Assembly (NCBI GenBank): GCA_041635475.1
Contig: JBFKVA010000002.1
Coordinates: 37,355-101,354 of the forward strand
Direction: 5' to 3'
Source: Acidimicrobiia bacterium
GTDB taxonomy: Bacteria; Actinomycetota; Acidimicrobiia; Spongiisociales; JAENVV01
DNA: 64,000 bases
In this document: in pieces, positions 56,193-64,000 of the stretch
Position numbering within the stretch: the first letter of the stretch is position 1
Layout of the letters: each line of letters starts with the position of its first letter
Program-made: the position numbers and the translations under genes
The notes under the pieces: generated by a model
Seen by the model: the letters and a program-made list of their open reading frames with translations, nothing else
Database searches by the model: none
What the model was told of the DNA's origin: nothing

Positions 56193-56954
56193 GTGGTCGG
56201 CATCTTCGACTCCGGACTCGGAGGGCTGTCGGTCCTCACCGCCGTCCGGGGGGTGCTCCCTCTGGCCGACGTCGTCTACGTCGCCGACCAGTCGCGGGCG
56301 CCGTACGGGGATCGTCCGGCCGCCGAGGTCTTGCAGTTCGCCCGTGAGATGCACGATGTCATGGCACGGCGCGGGACGACCACGACGGTGCTGGCCAGCA
56401 ACACGATCTCCAACGCCGCCCTCCACGAACTGCGACGGGACCACCCCGATCGGGTGTTCGTGGGACTGGAGCCCGCGGTCAAGCCGGCGGTTGCGGCCAC
56501 CCGCAGCAAAGTGATCGCCGTGCTGGGCACGACCGGGACCATCGGCGGCCCCCTCCTCGCCGACCTGGTTCGGCGGTTCGCAGGGGACGTCGCCGTCATC
56601 GGGGTGGCCCTCCCCGGTTTGGTGGAGATCATCGAGGACGGCCTGGGCGAGACCCCCCACGCCGAGGCCTTCCTCACCGGTCACTTGGAGGAACCCAAGC
56701 GGCGGGGCGCAGACGTCTACGTGCTCGCCTGCACCCACTACCCGTTCGCCATCACGTCCCTGCGGCGCGTGGTCGGCGAGGCACACATCATCGACCCCGC
56801 CCGCGCGGTGGCCGTCCAGGTCGGACGGGTCCATGCGGCGACCGGGACCGGCCGGACCGTGGCGCTCACCACGGGGGACCCGGTCCGCTTCCGGAACCAG
56901 GTTGCCGAGGTCGTGCCCGGCCTGGCCTTCGACGCCATCGAGACGATCGCCTGA
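56193..56954 (+). CDS. murI: glutamate racemase
   Basis: A GTG start. VGIFDSGLGGLSVL, YVADQSRAPYG and the C-terminal LACTHYP (catalytic Cys) are present. Confidence 0.9.
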   Translation: MVGIFDSGLGGLSVLTAVRGVLPLADVVYVADQSRAPYGDRPAAEVLQFAREMHDVMARRGTTTTVLASNTISNAALHELRRDHPDRVFVGLEPAVKPAVAATRSKVIAVLGTTGTIGGPLLADLVRRFAGDVAVIGVALPGLVEIIEDGLGETPHAEAFLTGHLEEPKRRGADVYVLACTHYPFAITSLRRVVGEAHIIDPARAVAVQVGRVHAATGTGRTVALTTGDPVRFRNQVAEVVPGLAFDAIETIA

Positions 56955-57009
56955 CGCGGCCTCCCCGGTCGCTCGCCTTTCCGTGGTCCTTCGCATACGC
57001 TGGGACGCC

Positions 57010-57330
57010 ATGCCCCGGACCCGTCCGTTCCTTCTCGCGTGTGTGCTCGCGCTCACAGCCTGCTCGGGGCCGCTGGCGGCCGACGCCCCCGGCGACGTCA
57101 TCTACGCCGACTCCTGCGCCCCCTGTCACGGCAAGCGCCTCCAAGGGCGAAGCGGGCCACCTCTCGGCGGGGCAAACGCCCCCTCCGCCCAGGAGGACGA
57201 GGCCTACTTCATCAACACCGTGACGAAGGGCCGGTCGCGCATGCCCTCGTTCGAGGGGCGGCTCTCCGACGAACAGATCGCCCGAGTGGTGGCGTACGTC
57301 ATGAGCCGACAGGATCGCCCGGGCGAGTAG
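57010..57330 (+). CDS. monoheme c-type cytochrome, lipoprotein
   Basis: A lipobox (VLALTACSG) and a CAPCHG heme-binding motif (CxxCH) are present. The sixth ligand Met is in SRMPSF. It is 106 aa. Confidence 0.75.
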   Translation: MPRTRPFLLACVLALTACSGPLAADAPGDVIYADSCAPCHGKRLQGRSGPPLGGANAPSAQEDEAYFINTVTKGRSRMPSFEGRLSDEQIARVVAYVMSRQDRPGE

Positions 57331-58180
57331 CCCACCGCTCGAACACCACCATCCCGGCGGCGCCGGCCACCCCGAGGCCGATGGCGAGACCGACACCACC
57401 GGTCGGGGCCACGGCCCGTGGGTCGAGGCAGTCGAGGCAGTCCGTCCACGGCCACAGGCGCGGCAGCGAACCGACGATGAACCCGACGAGGGCCGCGATC
57501 GTCGGGTCGTGGTACCGGACGAGGGTCCAGCGCAGGACCCGGACGAAGAGGAGCAGTCCGATCACCGCCCCCAGGGCGAAGAGGCCGACCGTGCCCACGT
57601 CGCGGACATGGACGGCTTCCACCGCGCGCTCGTACTGGCCGACGAGGAGCAGGATGAACGACCCGGAGATCCCGGGGAGGATCATGGCACAGATCGCCAA
57701 GGCTCCCCCCAGGAGCGCCCACGGTGCCGTGGGCGGCGTGCGGGTCGGCGTCGAGAAGGCCACGACGGCCCCGATGAGGCCCCCGGTGGCGGCCGCCCCC
57801 ACCAGCGCCGGGCTCCACCTGAGCCTGCGCCCGACGACGATGGCCGACGCAACCACGAGTCCCGCGAAGAACGAGAACAGCCGGGGTCGAGCGACCTGAT
57901 CGCCGAGCCATCCATCCAGGGTCCCGGCCAGGGCCACCACTGCCGTCCCGATGCCCAGGAGGAGGGGAAGGAGGAACCCGAGGTCGAGCCGGCGACCGAG
58001 GGCGGTCCACGTGCGTCGCCGGATCATCCCCACCGCCGGCACGTCGAATGAGTGGATGGCGGCCACGAGTCGCTCGTACCGACCGGACACGAAGGCGATG
58101 GTGCCGCCAGAGACTCCTGGCACGAGGTCGGCCATGCCCATCACCACCCCGACGACGAAGTGGGAGAAGGTGACCCGCAT
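57299..58180 (-). CDS. DUF368 family integral membrane protein
   Basis: The start is the ATG at 58180. MRVTFSHFVVGVVMGMADLVPGVSGGTIAFVSGRYERLV and the repeated ILPGISGSFILLLVGQYE are DUF368 internal-repeat motifs. The 3' end overlaps the cytochrome c 3' end by about 32 bp (convergent). Confidence 0.75.
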   Translation of the reverse strand: MRVTFSHFVVGVVMGMADLVPGVSGGTIAFVSGRYERLVAAIHSFDVPAVGMIRRRTWTALGRRLDLGFLLPLLLGIGTAVVALAGTLDGWLGDQVARPRLFSFFAGLVVASAIVVGRRLRWSPALVGAAATGGLIGAVVAFSTPTRTPPTAPWALLGGALAICAMILPGISGSFILLLVGQYERAVEAVHVRDVGTVGLFALGAVIGLLLFVRVLRWTLVRYHDPTIAALVGFIVGSLPRLWPWTDCLDCLDPRAVAPTGGVGLAIGLGVAGAAGMVVFERWATRPGDPVGS

Positions 58181-58262
58181 CCCCGCAAGGGTACGCGGCC
58201 CCCGGTCCCTGGTCGGGGAGTTGGGCGAGTGACCCGGGAGAGAAGGGCTACGATGCCGGGCC

Positions 58263-59261
58263 ATGCGCGTGGCAATCATCGGGGCCGGTTCGTGGGGAAC
58301 GACGATGGCCGCGCTCATCGCACCGCAGGCCGACGTCGTCGTGTGGGCGCGCCGTCCCGAGCAGGCAGCTGCCATCAGCGCGGGCGAGAACCCCGACTAC
58401 CTCCCCGGCTACCGGCTGCCGCCCATGGAAGCGACGGCCGACCTGGCCGCCGCGTTCGAGGGAGCCGAGGCGATTCTCATGGCCGTTCCCTCCCATGGAT
58501 ACCGGGGTGTGCTGGCGGCAGCCCCCGACCCGGGGGCCTCGATACCCATCCTCTCCCTCACGAAGGGGATCGAGGAGGGCACCGGGAGGCGCATGACCGA
58601 GGTCACCCGAGAGGTCCTTCCCGACCACGACATCTCACGTATCGGGGTGCTGTCGGGTCCCAACCTCGCCAAGGAGATCATGAACGGTGAGCCGGCGGCG
58701 ACGGTCATTGCCATGCGTGACCTGGCGATGGCCGAGGAGCTGCAGCGGGTGATCATGACACCTCGGTTCCGGGTGTACACCAATAACGACGTGATCGGGT
58801 CCGAGTTGTGTGGATCGCTCAAGAACGTCATGGCCATCGCCTCGGGGATGATCAGCGGCATGGAGTTGGGTCTCAACACCACCGGGATGTTCCTCACGAG
58901 GGCACTCGCCGAGATGACACGCCTGGGGATCCGCCTCGGCAGCTCTCCTCTCACCTTCGGGGGCCTGGCCGGGGTGGGTGACCTCGTTGCCACCTGTCTC
59001 AGTCCCCTCTCTCGGAACCACACGGTGGGCAAGAAACTCGGTCGTGGCATGACGCTGTCGGAGATCCTCGCCGAGTCGTCCCAGGTGGCCGAGGGCGTCA
59101 AGACGACGCCTGCGGTCCTCGCCCTGGCGGACCACGAAGGCGTCGAGATGCCGATCGCCATCGAGGTCGGCCGGGTTCTCCGTGAGGAGTCGACTCCCGC
59201 CGAGTCCGTGTCCCGTCTCATGACCCGCGAGGCCCGGCCCGAGGCACACGGGATCCTCTAG
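58263..59261 (+). CDS. gpsA: NAD(P)H-dependent glycerol-3-phosphate dehydrogenase
   Basis: MRVAIIGAGSWGTTMAALIA (Rossmann fold), NVMAIASGM and the C-terminal GpsA signature are present. Confidence 0.9.
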   Translation: MRVAIIGAGSWGTTMAALIAPQADVVVWARRPEQAAAISAGENPDYLPGYRLPPMEATADLAAAFEGAEAILMAVPSHGYRGVLAAAPDPGASIPILSLTKGIEEGTGRRMTEVTREVLPDHDISRIGVLSGPNLAKEIMNGEPAATVIAMRDLAMAEELQRVIMTPRFRVYTNNDVIGSELCGSLKNVMAIASGMISGMELGLNTTGMFLTRALAEMTRLGIRLGSSPLTFGGLAGVGDLVATCLSPLSRNHTVGKKLGRGMTLSEILAESSQVAEGVKTTPAVLALADHEGVEMPIAIEVGRVLREESTPAESVSRLMTREARPEAHGIL

Positions 59262-59299
59262 ACCGGCGCCCGGCGTCGCCGGCCGGGAGCGGCGGCCCG

Positions 59300-61504
59300 G
59301 TGCGCACGGTACGCTGCCGGATTCCCTCACGAGGAGTGCCGTTGGCCGGCTCCGGGTTGAAGCGATCCCTCGGACTCGGGTCGATCATGGCGGTGAGCCT
59401 CGCCACGATCGGACCGGGCATCTTCCTGCTGCCGTCCGCGGCCGTGGACAAGGCCGGCCCGGCCGCCGCCCTCGCGTTTCTCATCGCCGGCATCGTCGTG
59501 CTCCCGGCCGCCCTCTCGAAGGCCGAGATGGCCACGGCCCTCCCGCAGGCAGGCGGCACCTACCTGTACATCGACAAGGCCATGGGCCCCCTCCTCGGAA
59601 CGATCGCCGGCATCGGGGTCTGGTTCTCACTCGTCTTCAAGGCTGCGTTCGCCCTTTCCGGGCTCGGTGAGTACCTCGCACTCATTGGGGATCTCCCCGC
59701 CCTTCCCGTGGCCTTGGTACTGGCCGTAGGGCTGACCCTCCTCAACATGAGGGGAGCCCAGCTGTCGGGATCGCTCCAGACGTGGATCGTCGTGGCGGTC
59801 CTCATCGGGGTCGCGGTCTTCATCCCGGGCGCACTTGTGCGGCTCGACGGCGCCGCCCTCGGCCCGTTCGCGCCCAAGGGAACCGCCTCGGTCTTCGCCG
59901 CCTCGGCCCTCGTCTTCGTCGCCTACGCCGGCGTGACGAAGGTCGCCAGCATCGCCGAGGAGGCCAAGCACCCGGAGAAGAACATCCCCCGGGGAATCCT
60001 GTTCCCCCTGTTCGCCATGATGGTCGTGTTCCCGCTGGCCACGCTGGCCATGCTGGGACTCGTGAGCGCCACCGACCTGGCGGCGACGACGACCCCGGCC
60101 GCCGATGCGGCCGCGGTGCTGTTTGGCCCGATCGGCCTGTGGCTCATGGCCGGCCTCGGTGTCCTGGCCCTCGTCTCGATGGCCAACGCCGGGGTGCTTG
60201 CGTCATCGCGGTACCCGTTCGCGATGGCACGCAACGGATTGGCACCGCGGTCCCTGGGAGGGGTCTCGGCCCGAACCGGGGTCCCGACCGCCTCGGTCGT
60301 CCTCAGCGGTGGCCTCATGGTCGTCCTCATCGCCACGCTCCCACTCACCGAGTTGGCCAAACTGGCCTCCGGGTTCCAGCTGCTCGTCTTTGCGTTCGTC
60401 AACCTGGCGCCGATCGCCTTCCGCGCCAGTGGTGTCGCCTACTACCAGCCAACGTTCCGGTCACCGCTGTATCCGTTCGTCCAGCTGTTCGGGATCGCCG
60501 CCAGCCTCGCCTTGCTCACCCAACTGGGGACGCTGCCGCTGGTCGGGGCCGTCGGCATCGTCGCCGGCGGCGTCGTCTGGTACCGGTTCTTCGGGAAGTC
60601 GCGGGCGTCACGGGAGTCCGCACTGCTCGATGCACTACGGATCAGGGAGAACGAACGAGTGCTCATGCTCACGCGAGAGGCCATCGAGGGCGGCGGCAAC
60701 CAGCACACCCTCGTCGTCACGAGGAGCAACGTCTCCCCCGCCAAGGCGGCCGAACTCGTCCACATCGGGGACCAACTGCTCCACCGGGACGGCCATCTCC
60801 ACTTCCTCAGGCTCGAGCACGGGGAGGACCCCGAGACCGACCTCATCTGGGATCGGATCCTTCCTGGCGAGGCTCCCCCCAAGACGCAGCTCCTCATCGA
60901 CGACACCGGCCGGCGCCGCCAGCGCTCGGCCGTCGCCGACCACGTGCAGTCGATCCACATCGACCTCATGCTCGCCGAGATGCCCCCGGACACCCGTCGT
61001 TCCCACGGCTTCGTCAGGGACGTGCGGTGGCTGGGGGACCATGTGGACTGCGACACCGTCCTCCTTCGCTACCGGGGCCTGAGCCGCATCAACCGGATCG
61101 TCGTCCTCGGCTCGGGCGGGCCCGCCGACGTCGCCAAGGTCGCGCTCGCCAACAAACTGGCGGTGGCCGAGGGAGCCTCCATCCGGTTCGTCCATGTCGT
61201 CGACGACATCGCCACGGAGCCGCAGATCGAGTTCATCCACGAGTACCAGGCCAAGCTCGGGGCCCTGTGCACGGTGCCCACCCAGAGCCTCGTACCCCGT
61301 TCGGCGGGGCTTCTCGAAGCCATCGAGGAGACCTCCCGGGACGCCGACCTCGTGGTCATCGGCGCCCCGCTCGACGCAACCTCGCGGTTCACACTCGCCG
61401 ACCGCATCATGGAGACGCTCGACGTCCCGGTGGCGGTCGTCCACGTCCATGCCTACGCCCAGGCCGGGCTGCGCCGGCGCATCCTCCAACTCGTCATGCA
61501 CTGA
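59300..61504 (+). CDS. APC-family amino-acid permease fused to a C-terminal tandem universal stress protein (UspA) domain
   Basis: 12 TM helices, with an N-terminus like KRSLGLGSIMAVSLATIGPGIF (APC signature). The C-terminus contains two USP-like modules (HTLVVTRSNVSPAKAAELV... and RIVVLGSGGPADVAKVALANKLAV...VVIGAPL). The true start may be the TTG at about 59342, 5 nt after GAGGAG. Confidence 0.8.
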   Translation: MRTVRCRIPSRGVPLAGSGLKRSLGLGSIMAVSLATIGPGIFLLPSAAVDKAGPAAALAFLIAGIVVLPAALSKAEMATALPQAGGTYLYIDKAMGPLLGTIAGIGVWFSLVFKAAFALSGLGEYLALIGDLPALPVALVLAVGLTLLNMRGAQLSGSLQTWIVVAVLIGVAVFIPGALVRLDGAALGPFAPKGTASVFAASALVFVAYAGVTKVASIAEEAKHPEKNIPRGILFPLFAMMVVFPLATLAMLGLVSATDLAATTTPAADAAAVLFGPIGLWLMAGLGVLALVSMANAGVLASSRYPFAMARNGLAPRSLGGVSARTGVPTASVVLSGGLMVVLIATLPLTELAKLASGFQLLVFAFVNLAPIAFRASGVAYYQPTFRSPLYPFVQLFGIAASLALLTQLGTLPLVGAVGIVAGGVVWYRFFGKSRASRESALLDALRIRENERVLMLTREAIEGGGNQHTLVVTRSNVSPAKAAELVHIGDQLLHRDGHLHFLRLEHGEDPETDLIWDRILPGEAPPKTQLLIDDTGRRRQRSAVADHVQSIHIDLMLAEMPPDTRRSHGFVRDVRWLGDHVDCDTVLLRYRGLSRINRIVVLGSGGPADVAKVALANKLAVAEGASIRFVHVVDDIATEPQIEFIHEYQAKLGALCTVPTQSLVPRSAGLLEAIEETSRDADLVVIGAPLDATSRFTLADRIMETLDVPVAVVHVHAYAQAGLRRRILQLVMH

Positions 61505-61539
61505 CCGGCCGCGGCGCACACCCAACTACGGTTTCCGCC

Positions 61540-62454
61540 ATGGACTACCCGCTCACCTACACCCGGAAGGTTCGGTTCTCGGACACCGATGCCCAGGGCA
61601 TCGTCTTCAACGCCAACTACCCCGTCTACTGGGACGACGCCACCACCGACTACTTCGATGCCCTCGGCCTCCGCTGGAGTGACATGGTGGAGGCCGGGTA
61701 CGAGATGGTGCTCGGGCACCTCGACATCGCCTTTCGGTCGTCGGCCCGCCTCGGCGACGAGCTCGTCACCGGGGTCCGGATCCGTGAGGCGGGCCGATCG
61801 AGCGTGATCTTCGAGGCCCGCTCGTGGGTGGCTGCCACCGGGGCGACCGTGGTGGAGGGCACTCTCGTCCAGGTCTTCGTCGACGCCGAGCACTTCCGGC
61901 CGACCGACGTCCCCGAGTTCTTCCTCGAAGCCGCGGGCCGCCTGGAGGGCGGTCCGATCGCTCGCTCGGTGAAGGGTCCCCGCCCCGCCCTCGTTCCCCC
62001 TCGTCCCCGGATCCGACACCTCGAGGACTTCGTCGTCGGCGAGGTGATGGAGTCCGATCCGTACCTCGTCACCGCGGACGAGATGGTGTCGTTCGCCCGC
62101 CAGTACGACCCGCAGGGCATCCACATCGACCCCGCGGTCGCCACCGAAGGGCCGTTCGGAGGGCTCATCGCCTCCGGATGGTTGACGACCGCCATCGCCA
62201 TGCGGGCCATGGTCGAGAACTTCATCAGCCCCGAACACGCGCTCGGCTCCCCGGGCATGGACGAGGTTCGGTGGCTGCTCCCGGTCCGGGCCGGGGATGA
62301 GCTCACGACCCGGGCAACGATCGAGAAGGTGGAGGCGTCGACGTCGAACCCGGCTCGGGGGTCCGTCCACTCCTTCATCGAGGTCCTCAACCAGCGCGGC
62401 GAGCTCGTCATGAGCATGCGGGGACGGGGCTTCTACCTGCGCCGGGAGGCCTGA
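61540..62454 (+). CDS. double hotdog-fold protein: N-terminal YbgC/4HBT-type acyl-CoA thioesterase domain plus C-terminal MaoC-like (R)-hydratase domain
   Basis: MDYPLTYTRKVRFSDTDAQGIVFNANYPVYWDDATTDYF has the 4HBT Asp. The second half DFVVGEVMESDPYLVTADEMVSFARQYDPQGIHIDPAVATEGPFGGLIASGW has the MaoC signature. The upstream 586 aa of ORF 59782..62454 is a frame artifact across the permease gene. Confidence 0.75.
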   Translation: MDYPLTYTRKVRFSDTDAQGIVFNANYPVYWDDATTDYFDALGLRWSDMVEAGYEMVLGHLDIAFRSSARLGDELVTGVRIREAGRSSVIFEARSWVAATGATVVEGTLVQVFVDAEHFRPTDVPEFFLEAAGRLEGGPIARSVKGPRPALVPPRPRIRHLEDFVVGEVMESDPYLVTADEMVSFARQYDPQGIHIDPAVATEGPFGGLIASGWLTTAIAMRAMVENFISPEHALGSPGMDEVRWLLPVRAGDELTTRATIEKVEASTSNPARGSVHSFIEVLNQRGELVMSMRGRGFYLRREA

Positions 62455-62544
62455 CCGGAACGGGTGGCGGCCGGGTTCGGCCCCGCGGCGGGCCCGGACC
62501 GCGGGAGTAGCCTCAACCCTTCACTGACGAAGAGAGGTATCGAC

Positions 62545-63456
62545 ATGATGTCATTCGATGGCCGCGTCGCGATCATCACCGGCGCCGGGGGTGGGTTGGG
62601 ACGAACCCACGCACTCGCCCTCGCGGCCCGCGGCGCCCGGGTCGTGGTGAACGACCTCGGAGGGGACATCCACGGCACGGGCGGTTCGCCCACGCCGGCC
62701 ATGGAGGTCGTTGCCGAGATCGAGGCCGCCGGCGGTGAGGCCGTGGCCAACGGGGCAAACGTGGCGGACGCCGACCAGGTGGAGGCGATGGTGGCCGCGG
62801 CCATCGAGCGGTGGGGTCGGGTCGACATCCTCGTCAACAACGCCGGGATCCTGCGCGACAAATCGTTCGTCAACATGACCGCCGAGGAGTTCGACGCCGT
62901 CCTCGACGTCCATCTCAAGGGCGCGTACAACACATCCAAGGCCGCGTGGCCGCACATGCGCGAGCAGTCGTACGGGCGCATCGTGAACACCACGTCGTCA
63001 AGTGGCCTCTACGGCAACTTCGGGCAGGCCAACTACAGCGCGGCGAAGATGGCACTCGTGGGTTTGATGAACACGCTTGCCCTCGAAGGGGCCAAGTACA
63101 ACATCCGGGTCAACTGCCTGGCACCGGCGGCGGGCACCCGCATGACCGAGGGCCTCATCCCCGACGAGGCGTTCGGGCTCCTGTCCCCGGAGTCCGTGAC
63201 CGTCGGCCTGGTGTGGCTCGTGAGCGAGGAGGCACCCACGAGGTTCATCCTCGGGGCCGGGGGCGGTGCCTTCGCCCGCACGTACGTCATGGAGACCGCC
63301 GGGATCGCCCTGGAGGGTTCCGACCTCACGCCCGAGGGCCTCGCCGCCCGCCTGTCCGATCTCCAATCGACCGACGGGGCGACCGAGCCCACGCAAGGTG
63401 CCGAGCAGACCATGAAGCTCGCCCAACTCGCCATGAACCTCAAGGAGCAACCATGA
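62545..63456 (+). CDS. SDR family oxidoreductase (hydroxyacyl-CoA dehydrogenase/3-oxoacyl reductase-like)
   Basis: The ATG at 62545 has AAGAGAGG upstream. AIITGAGGGLGRTHA, NNAG and YSAAKMALVG (YxxxK) are present. Confidence 0.85.
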   Translation: MMSFDGRVAIITGAGGGLGRTHALALAARGARVVVNDLGGDIHGTGGSPTPAMEVVAEIEAAGGEAVANGANVADADQVEAMVAAAIERWGRVDILVNNAGILRDKSFVNMTAEEFDAVLDVHLKGAYNTSKAAWPHMREQSYGRIVNTTSSSGLYGNFGQANYSAAKMALVGLMNTLALEGAKYNIRVNCLAPAAGTRMTEGLIPDEAFGLLSPESVTVGLVWLVSEEAPTRFILGAGGGAFARTYVMETAGIALEGSDLTPEGLAARLSDLQSTDGATEPTQGAEQTMKLAQLAMNLKEQP

Positions 63457-64000
63457 AGGAAGCCGTCATCGTCGCCAGCGCCCGGACCCCCATCGGACGG
63501 GCGTACCGAGGTGCGTTCAACGACACCGCAGGACCCACCTTGGCGGCCTTCGCCCTCCGGGCCGCGGTGGAGCGAGCAGGGGTGGACCCGGGGGAGATCG
63601 ATGACGTGGTCCTCGGATGCGCCATGCAGCAGGGCGTCCAGGCGCTCAACGTCGCCCGCTACGCGGCCCTCGCAGCCGGGTTCCCGACCTCGGTGTCGGG
63701 CATGTCGATCGATCGGCAGTGCTCCTCGGGCATGATGGCCGTGGCGGCCGCCGCCCACCAGGTCGTCGTCGACGGGGCGCCCGTCGTCGTGGCCGGGGGC
63801 ATCGACTCGATCTCCATGGTTCAGAACGAGAAGTTCCGGCTCGAACTCGACCCCGGCCTGCTCGAGGTCCAGCCGCTTGCCTACATGCCGATGATCGACA
63901 CCGCCGAGGTCGTGGCCGAGCGATACGGCATCTCGCGCGAGGTGTGTGACGAGTACGCCCTCCAGAGCCAGCAGCGGACCGCGCTGGCCCAGGCGAACGG
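63453..64000 (+). CDS. acetyl-CoA C-acyltransferase (thiolase), 3'-truncated at the window edge
   Basis: The ATG at 63453 overlaps the previous stop (ATGA), with AAGGAG upstream. MKEAVIVASARTPIGRAYRGAFND and the active-site Cys in MSIDRQCSSGMMAV are present. It runs off the right edge, so it is absent from the ORF track. Confidence 0.85.
   Translation, partial: MKEAVIVASARTPIGRAYRGAFNDTAGPTLAAFALRAAVERAGVDPGEIDDVVLGCAMQQGVQALNVARYAALAAGFPTSVSGMSIDRQCSSGMMAVAAAAHQVVVDGAPVVVAGGIDSISMVQNEKFRLELDPGLLEVQPLAYMPMIDTAEVVAERYGISREVCDEYALQSQQRTALAQAN

Overview
This is a high-GC (about 70%), gene-dense chromosomal segment that looks actinobacterial (Actinomycetota). The synteny resembles Mycobacterium and Streptomyces: yceD(DUF177)-coiled-coil-coaD-rsmD-recG-[X]-rpmB, ddl, an InhA-type enoyl-ACP reductase, the AdnA/AdnB helicase-nuclease pair, murI and gpsA. 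I found no rRNA, tRNA, CRISPR array, transposase or integrase; all calls are from sequence inspection and recalled family motifs, with no searches run. Most genes are housekeeping (DNA repair, cell-wall precursors, fatty-acid/CoA metabolism, transporters). Adjacent genes very often overlap by 4 bp (ATGA or GTGA), which suggests translational coupling. The most unusual locus is a three-gene operon at 39789-43074. It encodes a Sir2 deacylase, a SufS-like PLP enzyme whose catalytic cysteine motif HHC is replaced by HYY, and a radical SAM protein ending in the C-terminal tail motif CCAEP. All three are linked by start/stop overlaps. Other points of note: an 860-bp ORF-free, purine-skewed region full of GNRA/UUCG-type hairpins between a Cas4-like nuclease gene and ybaK; a perfect 60-bp tandem duplication carrying GCGCGCGAT direct repeats in a promoter region; a near-consensus leaderless promoter with AAGTACTT palindromic operators in front of a regulator-ABC-2 transporter operon; a MurF-family ligase whose N-terminal domain is replaced by a roughly 170-aa membrane domain; and a 35-codon CPCC mini-ORF upstream of adnAB. 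The supplied ORF track does not list ORFs that run off the window edges, so the two partial edge genes (yceD at the left, a thiolase at the right) were recovered by reading the sequence directly.
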